Source: Planctomycetota bacterium (GTDB lineage: Bacteria > Planctomycetota > UBA11346). Taken from it: a stretch of DNA of 64,000 nucleotides. Below are positions 9,829-19,565 of this stretch, one piece after another. Positions within the stretch are counted from its first letter, which is position 1; each line of letters opens with the position of its first letter. The DNA lies in the NCBI GenBank assembly GCA_038213805.1, contig JBBQSO010000024.1, positions 1 to 64,000 of the forward strand. Reading direction: 5' to 3'. The notes under the pieces were generated by a model. That model did not search any database. It saw only the letters and a program-made list of their open reading frames with translations, and was not told where the DNA came from. The translations under genes and the position numbers were made by a program.

Positions 9829-10203
9829 TCAGGCGTTCGCGCGCGCCTTCTTCGCGGCGGGCTTCTTCGCCGGCGCCGCGCTGTCGTCGTCCGCATCCTT
9901 GGCGTGCGAGCGGCTGAGCGAGTAAAGGTAGGCGGAGACCGCGATCAGGCCCGCGGCTGCGACGGTGGTCTTGACCGGGTTCTTCTTCGCCCACTTGGCG
10001 AGATGGGTCGCCGAGTCGGTGACCTTCTCGACGGCGTCCTTGAGATATTTTTCGCCATTGTCGCCGATGGCACCCGCGAGCTTCTCCTTGAGGGTCTCGA
10101 AGCTGCCTGAGAGGGTGCTCTCGAGCGACGTCGAAATGGAGGAGAGGAGGGTGGACTTGATGTCCGAGATGGAATTCTTGGCGGTGACGGCTTTGCTGGC
10201 CAT
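9829..10203 (-). CDS. ElaB/YqjD(DUF883)-like tail-anchored small protein with K/A-rich tail
   Basis: WAKKNPVKTTVAAAGLIAV hydrophobic segment; AAPAKKPAAKK tail; RBS AAGGA. Confidence 0.6.
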   Translation of the reverse strand: MASKAVTAKNSISDIKSTLLSSISTSLESTLSGSFETLKEKLAGAIGDNGEKYLKDAVEKVTDSATHLAKWAKKNPVKTTVAAAGLIAVSAYLYSLSRSHAKDADDDSAAPAKKPAAKKARANA

Positions 10204-10240
10204 GGGGATGTTCCTTTGGTTGGAGCGTTGGTGATGGAAC

Positions 10241-10399
10241 TCAGATGGTTCCGGTGAGGAGGAGGATGACGAGGATGATGCCGATCAGGCCGATCCCACC
10301 CGTCGGCGCGTAGCCCCAGTCGCGGCTATAGGGCCACAGCGGCAGAGCGCCGAGCAGGACGAGTACCAGCAGGACGACGAGGATGGTGTGGGTGTTCAT
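10241..10399 (-). CDS. DUF3309 family small membrane protein (52 aa)
   Basis: Hand translation: ...LLGALPLWPYSRDWGYAPTGGIGLIGIILVILLLTGTI, the DUF3309 signature. Confidence 0.88.
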   Translation of the reverse strand: MNTHTILVVLLVLVLLGALPLWPYSRDWGYAPTGGIGLIGIILVILLLTGTI

Positions 10400-10451
10400 G
10401 GTGCGTCCGAGGCGTGCTGATGTGGGTGAAAGCCGGTGACGCTATGTTCAA

Positions 10452-10468
10452 AGCAAAGTTCGGACCAA
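10452..10468 (-). promoter_or_regulatory. sigma-54-like element TTGGTCCGAACTTTGCT
   Basis: GG-N10-GC with TTGC at -12, upstream of DUF3309. Confidence 0.5.
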
Positions 10469-10642
10469 TTGCGTTCGACTGCGGGATTTATCGTTTTTTG
10501 GACGCCCATTCATGGGAAATGATGGTAAAAACGCAGGATCGGACCCCGAAGATAGTGCGCCTTGCACGACCGGTCATCAGACGTGCTGCTGTAAAGCAGG
10601 CGTTCCACAGGGTGCGTTGCAACGACGCAGGGAAGTATTTCC

Positions 10643-10658
10643 TGGCACGATGGTCGCT
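10643..10658 (+). promoter_or_regulatory. sigma-54 element TGGCACGATGGTCGCT
   Basis: GG-N10-GC upstream of ATG 10735. Confidence 0.6.
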
Positions 10659-10734
10659 TCCCTCCACGGCAAACCCGCCGCGGGACGTGACAGCACACGT
10701 GTGTTCGCCCCAAGCATTCGCTCAGGAGATTTTC

Positions 10735-11004
10735 ATGATCATCGCCATCCGCATTCTGATGCTGAGTGCCGCTGTCTTTCTGACCGCTGCGTGCGGCCAG
10801 GGCGGCCAGGGCAGCCGTGCCATCACCCTCGACCAGACGCCCGAACCGGTGCGCAAGGCCATCCTCAATGAAGCGGCTGGAGACCCCATCGAACGGATCA
10901 CACAGGGGACCTTCGCCGGCAAGGAGTGCTATACGGTGTCCGTGGCACGCGCTGATCGGCGCTCCTGGTATTGCGTCGACAACCAGGGTCGGACGTGTGA
11001 ATGA
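10735..11004 (+). CDS. Small lipoprotein, PepSY-like
   Basis: Lipobox TAA-C; ITLDQTPEPVRKAI..EAAG..Y..VDNQG pattern; RBS AGGAG. Confidence 0.7.
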   Translation: MIIAIRILMLSAAVFLTAACGQGGQGSRAITLDQTPEPVRKAILNEAAGDPIERITQGTFAGKECYTVSVARADRRSWYCVDNQGRTCE

Positions 11005-11189
11005 TCACTCCGGTTGGCACGAATGCGGCGGATGCATGTACGTGTGACAGCACCCGTTAACACCATCGCAGTGGCATCCGGCCTGCTCTGCTGCAGGGTT
11101 GATATTCTGGTGTGTGGTACCTGGTATCTGCAGCAAGCTCGTCTAGGTGCCACCTAGACAGTCTGACATTTCTGATCTGCGGTTTCGTT

Positions 11190-11231
11190 AAGAAAACGAC
11201 ACGGCACAGCGTTGTTTCGCTGTGCCGTGTC
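11190..11231 (-). terminator. Rho-independent terminator
   Basis: Perfect 14-bp stem GACACGGCACAGCG/CGCTGTGCCGTGTC followed by GTTTTCTT on the minus strand. Confidence 0.75.
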
Positions 11232-11305
11232 AGGCCTGTCGTATTAGTTGTATGCCCCCAAGTGCTGTCGGCCATGAGATGCCGGCTGCGCACTGACCCG
11301 AGATG

Positions 11306-11413
11306 TTACGAACAGCCGCGCATCAGTGCGACGATCAGGACGAGGGGGATCGGAACGCCGATCGCCCACAGCAGCATGGTGAGATTCACTTTCGCGGCGC
11401 GTAGGCGGTTCAT
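11306..11413 (-). CDS. 35-aa membrane microprotein MNRLRAAKVNLTMLLWAIGVPIPLVLIVALMRGCS
   Basis: Hand translation; LLWxIGVPIP motif of a widespread small-protein type; lies between DUF3185 and a terminator. Confidence 0.7.
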   Translation of the reverse strand: MNRLRAAKVNLTMLLWAIGVPIPLVLIVALMRGCS

Positions 11414-11464
11414 GTCCGTATTCCCGGGGAGGAGGTTAGGGTGGGGTGGAGATGACGAGACGGT

Positions 11465-11671
11465 TCAGCTGGCGCGCGATCCGCGCACCGAGACCGTCGC
11501 GCCGATGGCGATGGCGACCACGCCGCTGATCAGCAGCCAGATAGCTTTATCAGTGGGTGCGCCGGTGAACAACTTGGAGAAACTTGAGCCGATCGAGTCG
11601 CTGGCGCTGATGCCGAAAATGAGGAGGAGGACTCCGACGACGAGCAGGATGATGCCGAGGGGATTGCGCAT
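11465..11671 (-). CDS. DUF3185 family small membrane protein
   Basis: GIILLVVGVLLLIFG..ASDSIGSSFSKLFTGAPTDKAIWLLISG; RBS GAGG. Confidence 0.88.
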   Translation of the reverse strand: MRNPLGIILLVVGVLLLIFGISASDSIGSSFSKLFTGAPTDKAIWLLISGVVAIAIGATVSVRGSRAS

Positions 11672-11712
11672 GATGACCTCAAATGTGTGGGTGATGGTTC
11701 TGGCTTTCCCAA

Positions 11713-11729
11713 TGCGTGCGCCATGCCAA
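11713..11729 (-). promoter_or_regulatory. sigma-54 element TTGGCATGGCGCACGCA
   Basis: GG-N10-GC upstream of DUF3185. Confidence 0.6.
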
Positions 11730-12069
11730 TTCCGCACGTACGCAAGGCGGGGATCCATCGACGCGCCATTGCAGGGGCGGCATGAGTGAGGCAATTCCAT
11801 ATCAGAGCTCAGGATATGTTGCAGACATTGCAGCGATTCAGCCGCTTCCCGAGCTGCGGCATCGCGCCCATCCCGCGCCTGCAACGCTGGCACCAAGATG
11901 CTCTCTGATCCGGGATGGTGTAAGAAACCGTTCAAATTGCAGTGCTTCAGGGTGCATATTTGCCGATTCGGCAGGCTCGTCGAGCAGCCGTTGCACAGAA
12001 ATGACGATGCATGTGAGCGTTCGGCGCGGAATCACGCTGCTTCCTCTGACACCGGGGGTGCGCTGCACT

Positions 12070-12085
12070 TGGCACGGGAATGGCA
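12070..12085 (+). promoter_or_regulatory. sigma-54 element TGGCACGGGAATGGCA
   Basis: GG-N10-GC upstream of ATG 12123. Confidence 0.55.
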
Positions 12086-12122
12086 TCCACCGCACGTCCG
12101 AAAGCGCCGAGTGGGAAACGCC

Positions 12123-14102
12123 ATGACCGAGCCGCTGACCGTTGAAGTGCCTCCTGCCGATACGCCTCCTGCTGCGGCACCAGTCGATGTGCCACCGCCA
12201 GCGGCCGCGCCTGAGCACGCGCCGGCAGCGACCTCGAGATCCGCCGAGATGGCGGTGCCGGTCGTCGGCAGCGCACGCCTGCAGGCCGTGATCGGCAGTG
12301 GAGCTGATCGCGCGCGGCGTTGGTCTACACTGCGCGCGTACTTCCGGCTGCAGCCTGGTGCATGGTGGGAATGGGCGGTGATCTGGGCGCTGCAGAACGT
12401 GCGCTACTGCCCGGTCTACGTGCTGCCGTTGATGACCGCCTACCTCATCGACCACGCCACTGGCAAGGCCGGAGTGGCAACCTTCGATCTCGCCGGGGCG
12501 CTCTCCTGGGTGCTGCTCGCCACCCTCGGGTTGTGCGTCCTGACCGTGGCCAGCAACACCGTCGGCCGGATCATGCTCTCGCGCATCAGCCGCAATCTCA
12601 CCGCGTCGATGCGCACGGCGCTGATGCGGCGCGTCAACAAGCTCGACTTCGCCTTCCACGACAGCAGCGAACTCGGCTATCTGCAGAACAAGTTCACTCT
12701 CGACATGACCCGCCTGGAGGGCTTTGAGTCGTTCATCGCGGATGCGCTGCTGATGTACGGTACCGTCGTAATCATCATGCTGGGTGTGGTTTTGCACACG
12801 AACCCCTTGCTGTTCCTGGTCCTGGCCGTGGCGGTGCCGCTGAACCTGCTGATGGTGCGACTGTTCTGGGACCGCATAACCGCACTGAACGCCGAGTACC
12901 GCGAGGCCGAATCAAGCTTCCTGTCCCGTCTGAACGAGGCGCTCAACGGCATCCGCCTGACGCGAGCGCATTCCGCGGAGCGCTTCATCGAGGACCGCGT
13001 CTCCAGCGCCGCCGGCAAGGTCGCACGTAAGGCCATACGCCTTGACCTGATGAGCAACCTCTTCGGCTCGGGCTCGTGGGCGATCGGCACCTTCCTCAAC
13101 ATGTGCGTGATCGGCCTGGGCGTCTGGCTGATGGCCTCCCAGGGCCACCAGATCACGGTCCTTGGCCATCAGTTCACGTTCGCGCCCCTGACCATCGGCG
13201 AGTTCACCATCCTGATCAGCTACTACGCAACCATCAGCGGCGCCCTCGGCGCCATTCTCGGCAGCTTGCCGCAGGTCGCCGCGGCAAGCGACGCGATCTC
13301 CTCCCTCGGGCAGATCTATGCGGATGAGAACGACGGCCAGAGCGCCCGGGGACGCACCCGCATCCGCACGCTGCGCGGCGAGGTCACCTTCGAGCGCGTC
13401 ACCTTCGACTACGCGAACGCCGGGCGCCATTGCCTGGCCGGCATCGATTTGACGCTGCCGGCCGGCGCCGCGGTGGCCCTGGTCGGCCCGTCGGGCGGGG
13501 GCAAGAGCACCATCGCCAGCCTCATCCTCGGTTTCTATGCGCCCACCAGCGGTCGTGTGCTGATCGACGGGCAGGACCTGGCGACGCTCGACCAGCGCAG
13601 CTTCCGTCGCCATGTCGGGGTGGTGAACCAGGACGTGGTGCTGTTCCAGGACACCGTCATGGCGAATATCGCCTGGGGCGACCGCCGCCCCGACCTGCGG
13701 CGCGTGCGCCAGGCGGCCGAGCGCGCCAACGCTATGGAGTTCATCGACAAGCTCAGCGACGGCCTCGACCACGTGCTGGGTGACCGCGGCGCCGGGCTGT
13801 CGGGTGGCCAGCGCCAGCGTCTGGCCATCGCGCGGGCGCTCTACCGCGATCCGCGGCTGCTCATCCTCGATGAGGCGACCAGCGCGCTCGATCTCGAGAG
13901 TGAGCGCCTGGTGCAGCAGGCCCTTGAAGAGGTCAAAAAGGACCGCACCACCCTGATCATCGCGCACCGCCTCTCGACGGTGCGCAAGGCCGACCGCATC
14001 ATCGTCATCAAGGACGGCAAGGCGGTCGAATCGGGCACCTATGACGAGCTGATGGCGCGCGATGGCGAATTCCGCCAGCTCGTCCAGGGCCAGTTGGCGT
14101 GA
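12123..14102 (+). CDS. ABC exporter, fused permease/ATP-binding (MsbA-like)
   Basis: TM domain plus GPSGGGKST, LSGGQRQR, LILDEATSALD, IAHRLST. Confidence 0.92.
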   Translation: MTEPLTVEVPPADTPPAAAPVDVPPPAAAPEHAPAATSRSAEMAVPVVGSARLQAVIGSGADRARRWSTLRAYFRLQPGAWWEWAVIWALQNVRYCPVYVLPLMTAYLIDHATGKAGVATFDLAGALSWVLLATLGLCVLTVASNTVGRIMLSRISRNLTASMRTALMRRVNKLDFAFHDSSELGYLQNKFTLDMTRLEGFESFIADALLMYGTVVIIMLGVVLHTNPLLFLVLAVAVPLNLLMVRLFWDRITALNAEYREAESSFLSRLNEALNGIRLTRAHSAERFIEDRVSSAAGKVARKAIRLDLMSNLFGSGSWAIGTFLNMCVIGLGVWLMASQGHQITVLGHQFTFAPLTIGEFTILISYYATISGALGAILGSLPQVAAASDAISSLGQIYADENDGQSARGRTRIRTLRGEVTFERVTFDYANAGRHCLAGIDLTLPAGAAVALVGPSGGGKSTIASLILGFYAPTSGRVLIDGQDLATLDQRSFRRHVGVVNQDVVLFQDTVMANIAWGDRRPDLRRVRQAAERANAMEFIDKLSDGLDHVLGDRGAGLSGGQRQRLAIARALYRDPRLLILDEATSALDLESERLVQQALEEVKKDRTTLIIAHRLSTVRKADRIIVIKDGKAVESGTYDELMARDGEFRQLVQGQLA

Positions 14103-14187
14103 GTGCGCCGGTGGGGGTGGTCACCTCGCAGCATGGTACCAGCAGGCACGATGCGCACTCCGCATTACGGAGAAGACTGCCCTGGCC

Positions 14188-16236
14188 ATGGCTGGCGGCC
14201 CCATACAACCAGTGCCCGTGGACGACCTCGCAACAGCCCCGCCAGTCAGCTCCCCGAGCTCCGCCATGCCGCCATCGGCGGCAGATGATGCCGCGATAGA
14301 CCGCATTCTCTCGCCACCGCTGAACGATGATGGGTTCGTGCCCGGTGCGCAGTCCCTGGCGCGCCTGGTGCGCTGGCTGGCGGACGCGGGTCCCGGTTCG
14401 CGGCGCCCCATGCGTCTGCTTGAGCGGCTGCGTCAGGAGCCACCTTTGGCCGCGGCCCTGGCGGCGCGCCTCGTAGCCTTCCTCACCCAGGGCGACATCA
14501 GCCGGATTTTCTGCGACGCTGGCCTGCCGCCGCGACCGGCTTTCCTCGAGGAGGCGGGGCGTCGGCTGGTCCACCGCATCCTGCCGCCGCCGCTGATCGA
14601 TCGCGATCCGACGACGCTGATCTCGCGCATCGCCCTACGCCAGGCGTCCGCGGCGTGGCTTGCCGCTCTGCACCCGGTGTGGGTCGGCGAAGTCCTCGCC
14701 GCGCTGCCCACGGCCGCCCCCGCCTTCGCCGCGCTGCCGCGCGCCATCGCTGACGCCCTGGAGGTGCTCGCCCTGCGCCTGGCCGCGCGCAGCGAAGACG
14801 CCGAGCTGCGTTACCGCGCCAGCAATCCTGAGCTTACTGACTCGCCCTTCTACCGCCTGCTGCGCGCCGTCGCGGCGGCCGCGGCGGCGGTGCGCAGCGG
14901 CGACCACGCGGCCACGGCGCTCGGGGCGGTGGTGGCGCCGCTCGGCGAGTGCCGCGTCGCCATCGACGTGATCCGGGACCATCTCGCCCGCCACGGCGTG
15001 AGTGTCGACGTGGTCTTCCGACTCGACCGCATGCGTCAGCAGCTTGAGCGCATCGTGCTGCTGACCGCGTTGATCGATCCGGGCACAGCCCCGCTCGAGC
15101 AGCGTCGACGCGCCATGGACTTCATCGCTGCGCTGCTCGCCGACATGCGCCGGCAGGCCCGGGTGCGGGGGCTGATCACCGAGAGCCTCGCCATGCTCAC
15201 CCGTCGCATCGTCGCGAGTTCGGGTCGCGCTGGTGCGCATTACATCACCAGCAGCGGCGCTGAGTGGCGCGGCATGCTCGCGTCCGCCGCCGGCGGCGGC
15301 GTCATCACCGCCGGTACCGCGGCGCTGAAGATCGGCATCGGCGCGCTGCACCTGCCGCTGTTCCTGGACTGGGCGGCGAGCGCCCTGGACTACGCGGGCA
15401 GCTTCCTGCTCATGCAGGGTCTGGGCTTCACCCTGGCCACCAAGCAGCCGCCGATGACGGCGGCGGCATTCGCCCATGCCATGGACGAGGGGCGCAGCGA
15501 ATGCAATACCCGCCCACTGAGCGTGCTGTCGGCGCGCATCGTGCGCTCGCAGCTCGCCGCGGTCATCGGCAACCTCGGTCTGGTGGTGGTGTCGGCCTGG
15601 GCCCTGGATGCGCTCTGGGTCCTCTGGCGCGGTAGCCACCTCCTGGAGGCGGCGTACGCGGACCACGCCATCGCCAGCTTCCATCCGCTGGCCTCGGGGA
15701 CGCTGTTCTTCGCGGTGATCACCGGTTTCGCGCTGTGGCTCTCCAGCGCCATCGCCGGCTGGTGCGAGAACCTCTCGTCCTACCACCGCCTGCCGGAGGC
15801 CGTGCGCCAAAGCCCTGGCCTGGCCAGGCTGCTCGGCACGCGCCGCGCGCAGGCGGCCGGCGACGGGCTCGCCCATCAGGTCAGCGGCATCACGGGCAGC
15901 ATCGCGCTGGGCGTGCTGCTCGCCACCATCGCCATGTTCGGTAAGTTCACCGGAACCGCGCTCGATGTGCGTCACATCACCTTGTCCACGGGCAGCATCA
16001 CCCTCGCATGCCTGGCGCGACGGCCGGACCAGCTCTTCGGCGCCGATGTGGCGTGGGCGCTCGTCGGCATCGCCTGCATTGGGCTGCTCAACTTCGGGGT
16101 CGGTTTCGTCATCAGTCTGCTGGTGGCGATGCGCGCACGCGGGATGCGTGTACGCGACTGTGGCTGGATGGTGCGCGGTCTGGTCACAGACGCGCTTTCT
16201 GATCCCTTGCCGTTCCTGTTCCCGGTGAAGCGCTAG
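14188..16236 (+). CDS. Polytopic membrane protein of the Gcr/'SpecificRecomb' family
   Basis: GAHYIT, AAGGG, FTLATKQPPMTAA, RSQLAAVIGN, LDVRHITLSTG; start uncertain. Confidence 0.8.
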   Translation: MAGGPIQPVPVDDLATAPPVSSPSSAMPPSAADDAAIDRILSPPLNDDGFVPGAQSLARLVRWLADAGPGSRRPMRLLERLRQEPPLAAALAARLVAFLTQGDISRIFCDAGLPPRPAFLEEAGRRLVHRILPPPLIDRDPTTLISRIALRQASAAWLAALHPVWVGEVLAALPTAAPAFAALPRAIADALEVLALRLAARSEDAELRYRASNPELTDSPFYRLLRAVAAAAAAVRSGDHAATALGAVVAPLGECRVAIDVIRDHLARHGVSVDVVFRLDRMRQQLERIVLLTALIDPGTAPLEQRRRAMDFIAALLADMRRQARVRGLITESLAMLTRRIVASSGRAGAHYITSSGAEWRGMLASAAGGGVITAGTAALKIGIGALHLPLFLDWAASALDYAGSFLLMQGLGFTLATKQPPMTAAAFAHAMDEGRSECNTRPLSVLSARIVRSQLAAVIGNLGLVVVSAWALDALWVLWRGSHLLEAAYADHAIASFHPLASGTLFFAVITGFALWLSSAIAGWCENLSSYHRLPEAVRQSPGLARLLGTRRAQAAGDGLAHQVSGITGSIALGVLLATIAMFGKFTGTALDVRHITLSTGSITLACLARRPDQLFGADVAWALVGIACIGLLNFGVGFVISLLVAMRARGMRVRDCGWMVRGLVTDALSDPLPFLFPVKR

Positions 16237-16457
16237 AAGATCCGTCGCTGGCGCCCGGCCCTCGACGCGACGAGTCGCGGGCCAGACGCATCCTGCACCA
16301 CCATCCCTTCCGCCGGTAGGTTGCGACAGCGGTGCCATCTGACTGCGTATTGGCCAAGAATGTGCCGTCTTGAGCGCATCAGCGCTGTGCGCCACGACGA
16401 AAAACGGTTCCTGGTCTTGCGAGTTGGAAGCTATCCGCCCATCGCGGGGAAAGCATG

Positions 16458-16627
16458 CCTGATCAAACAAGAGGAACGGAGCAACGGAGGAAGACAGCGA
16501 GCCGGTGACAGAGCGAAACCGGGAATATGGCATCGCCACCTCTTGGCTGTCGTCCGTTTCTCCGTTCCTCTTGTGAGATCCTTTCTTTACTGTTTTTGAT
16601 CGACGAGTCCGAGGAGGCAATCGTGCC
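16458..16627. repeat. Dispersed palindromic element, copy 2
   Basis: Aligns with 9579-9750. Confidence 0.75.
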
Positions 16628-16648
16628 TAAGTGAAAGACGAAGAGCCG

Positions 16649-16696
16649 AAAAAAAACCGGCATCCTGGTCGGCACGGGGCCGTCCAGGATGCCGGT
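16649..16696 (-). terminator. Rho-independent terminator
   Basis: ACCGGCATCCTGG/CCAGGATGCCGGT stem with an A8 run. Confidence 0.8.
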
Positions 16697-16724
16697 CAGG
16701 CTAGCTATCAGCCGCTGATGGATC

Positions 16725-17405
16725 TCAGAAGCGACCACCGACGCTGACGAGCAGACCGAATCCGCGGTTCTCGCGCTTGTCCGAGACCGCGGTCCCGTCG
16801 GCGCGCGAGTAGTCCGGGGAGTAGCTGCCGATCAGGTAGGGCACCTCGACGCCGAACTGCAGGCCGCCGGGGAGAGTGAAGTACGTGCCGACGCGAGCGC
16901 CGAACTCGATGTACTTGTCCCAGTTCTTCGAGGTCTGGGTGTCACCGTGGTCGGTCACGCTGTAATAGGCGCGGCCCGCACCAACGAAGGGCGCGACCTC
17001 GAAGTGCCAATTCGGCGTAAATGCGTAGCCGTAGCCCAGCATGATGTCGACCACCGGGATGGTCGAAGTCGCCACCTGGCTACCGTTGTTGAACTTGGCC
17101 TGGTTGACCGCGATTCCTGCACCGTAGATCAGGCCGCCGCCATCGCCGAGGTGGCCGCCGACGAATTCGATCTGCCCACGGTAATTGTGGTCGGAATTGC
17201 GACCGCTGTCGGACGAGGAGGTGGTTGTGCCCGAGCCCGGGCCGCTGGTGGCGGTGGCATGGTTCTCGCCGCTGAAACGGTTGGACAGGACGCCGGCACC
17301 GAAGCGCAGATCGGCCAGGTTCATCTCCGCCGCGGCGGCGTGCGAGGCCAGAGCGAGGAGGGTCAGCGAGGCGCAGGTGGAGAGGGTCTTGATGTGCATG
17401 TGCAT
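16725..17405 (-). CDS. Outer-membrane beta-barrel protein
   Basis: Signal peptide, alternating beta strands, C-terminal Phe (VSVGGRF). Confidence 0.78.
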   Translation of the reverse strand: MHMHIKTLSTCASLTLLALASHAAAAEMNLADLRFGAGVLSNRFSGENHATATSGPGSGTTTSSSDSGRNSDHNYRGQIEFVGGHLGDGGGLIYGAGIAVNQAKFNNGSQVATSTIPVVDIMLGYGYAFTPNWHFEVAPFVGAGRAYYSVTDHGDTQTSKNWDKYIEFGARVGTYFTLPGGLQFGVEVPYLIGSYSPDYSRADGTAVSDKRENRGFGLLVSVGGRF

Positions 17406-17464
17406 GTGATCTTCCTTGTCGCGCATGGCGCGGGTTTGCGGAGGGAGTTCCTGTCCACAGGCAT

Positions 17465-17481
17465 GGCAATGTTTGTGCCAA
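17465..17481 (-). promoter_or_regulatory. sigma-54 element TTGGCACAAACATTGCC (near consensus)
   Basis: TGGCAC-N5-TTGC. Confidence 0.75.
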
Positions 17482-17779
17482 CGGTGACCGCGTCGCGCGG
17501 GATGACGCAAACCATTTTATGGTAATGACTTGACGCAGGAACGTTAGCTGATTCGCAGGCCCAGCCGTGCGCTTTGAAGGGGGCTGGGACGCATGCGAGT
17601 TGCATGCGGCAACCTGACGGAGTGCGCATTCTTGGCCCAAAGGATGCAAAACGCCCCCATGGATTCCGAACCGGCTGTCTCAGGTTTCGTGCTGCAGACG
17701 CTCCTGCCCGACTGCTGATGGTTTAGGTACAGCTGTGCGTGACGCGCAGCTGACACTCTTGGCCTCGTATCGCCCATAT

Positions 17780-17795
17780 TGGCATGGCTGTTGCT
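17780..17795 (+). promoter_or_regulatory. sigma-54 element TGGCATGGCTGTTGCT (near consensus)
   Basis: TGGCAT-N5-TTGC. Confidence 0.75.
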
Positions 17796-17874
17796 AGGGA
17801 ATGGCCAGATCCCCAGTTGCCGGGATTGGCCCTACTCACCTGCTCCGCCTTCTGGCGGTGCTCAGGATGACCGC

Positions 17875-18309
17875 ATGCCCGCCCCAGCACCTGTCGATTC
17901 CGCCATAACCGCAAAAGGCCCCCGAATCCTGGTTGTTGACGACAACCCAGGGGACATCGACTTGATCAGCGAGGCTCTGCTGGAGGTCGCGCCGCTGGCA
18001 GAGATCGACAGTTCGACTTCGGCGCATCTCGCCCTCGGTCTGCTGCAGGTGGCCTGCAGCGGGGGACCGGCGCCGCACCTGGTGGTGCTCGACGTGCGCA
18101 TGCCGATGATCAGCGGGACCGACCTGCTGCGCGGACTGGTCGCCCAGCCCGACCTCGCCGGCACGCGCATCGTGATGCTCAGCGGTCTGATCGAGGAATG
18201 CGATCGTGAGCGCTGTCGGCAGCTGGGTGTCGAGGAGATCTGGCAGAAACCGAAGGACCACGCCGGTTACCTGGAGCTGGCCCGACGCTTGGTCAGTCTC
18301 GTTGCCTGA
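17875..18309 (+). CDS. Single-domain response regulator (Rcp1/CheY-like)
   Basis: ILVVDDN, LVVLDVRMP, QKP. Confidence 0.88.
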   Translation: MPAPAPVDSAITAKGPRILVVDDNPGDIDLISEALLEVAPLAEIDSSTSAHLALGLLQVACSGGPAPHLVVLDVRMPMISGTDLLRGLVAQPDLAGTRIVMLSGLIEECDRERCRQLGVEEIWQKPKDHAGYLELARRLVSLVA

Positions 18310-18371
18310 CACTGATCCATTGCTCTGGACGCCGACCGCGGATTTCAGACTGAGACCGCAGCACCCGCCAT

Positions 18372-19499
18372 TCAGGTAGCGGTCTGGCTCTGTCCACTTC
18401 CTTGATGCTTCCCCAGGTCCTGGCTCTGGCCGGCCGTTGCTGCAGGCGCTGCCTCTGCCACGGAGGCGGTGGCGATGACCACGTCGTGCACGAAGCGCAG
18501 CTTGGCCAGCACCGTCGGCGACAGCACGAACGGGTACCAGTCAGGCAGGCCCATGCCGCGGTTGAGACTGTTGAGCGCGAAGGTGATGGGCATCCACGCG
18601 GCGATCATCTCATCGAAAGAACGTGCGGCCGCGGACGTGACCCGGGTGGTCGTGCCGTTGGGCGCCTTGACCGCCAGATCCAGCTGCGCGGCGATCTCCA
18701 GGGTATCCCGACCGTGCAAATAGTGCGCCCAGGTCTCCGCCCAGTCCTCCCAGGGGTGCATGCTGGCGTAGGCGCTCACGTGCTGTTCCTGCCAGCCGCT
18801 CTTCCCGCCCGCGTCGTAATGCTCCTTCATGGCCTGCTGGTAGTCGATGCTCTCATCGCCGAATAGTGCGCGAAATGGCTCGTGCCAAGGGCTGCCATCG
18901 ATGAGCAGATCCCAGTAGTGGTGGCCGCTCTCGTGGCGGAAGTGACCGAGCAGGGTGCGGTAGCGCTCGCCCAGGCGTACGCGCTGCTTCTCGCGGAAGT
19001 CGTCGTCGGCCTCGGCGATGTTGATGGTGATGATGCCGTGGTCGTGGCCGGTGATCGCTGGTTTACCGTTGGTCGTCGCGACGAGGTCGAAGGCCAGCCC
19101 ATGGCTGGGGTCCTCTTCCAGGCCGGCGCGTGGCAGGCCAAGGCTGCGCAGGGAGTAGACCAGCCGGCGCTTGGCCGCCTCAAGTATTGCCCAACGTCCG
19201 CGGTTGCCCGCCGCGCTGAGATCCGGAAGCGTGCGGGTCAGCCGGCACGACTCACACAACTCGTGCGCGTCATCGCTGGGCACCATCCAGTTGCATACCC
19301 CCTCGACGCCATAATTGCGGCACTTGCGCCAGGTGGCCGTACTATCACCGAGTGCCGTGAAAGTACCGTCGTCTGCCGGTTCAAGTGCAGCGACGGTGCT
19401 CGGCTCGGGCAGGTAGCCGAGCTCGTGGTTGCAGGTCAGGCAGCGGTAGTTCTCAAAGAAGACCCGGGTTTTGCAGCTCTGGCAGACGAAGATTTGCAT
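18372..19499 (-). CDS. Zinc-ribbon plus putative zinc-binding metallopeptidase (DUF2248-like)
   Basis: CxxC...CxxC, YRTLLGHFRHESGHHYW, SAYASMHPWEDWAETWAHYLH. Confidence 0.88.
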   Translation of the reverse strand: MQIFVCQSCKTRVFFENYRCLTCNHELGYLPEPSTVAALEPADDGTFTALGDSTATWRKCRNYGVEGVCNWMVPSDDAHELCESCRLTRTLPDLSAAGNRGRWAILEAAKRRLVYSLRSLGLPRAGLEEDPSHGLAFDLVATTNGKPAITGHDHGIITINIAEADDDFREKQRVRLGERYRTLLGHFRHESGHHYWDLLIDGSPWHEPFRALFGDESIDYQQAMKEHYDAGGKSGWQEQHVSAYASMHPWEDWAETWAHYLHGRDTLEIAAQLDLAVKAPNGTTTRVTSAAARSFDEMIAAWMPITFALNSLNRGMGLPDWYPFVLSPTVLAKLRFVHDVVIATASVAEAAPAATAGQSQDLGKHQGSGQSQTAT

Positions 19500-19565
19500 G
19501 TTGGGATGAGACTTTCGCGACCGCAGGTGATGGTGATGGATGGCGCCCGTGGCACTGGCGGATGA

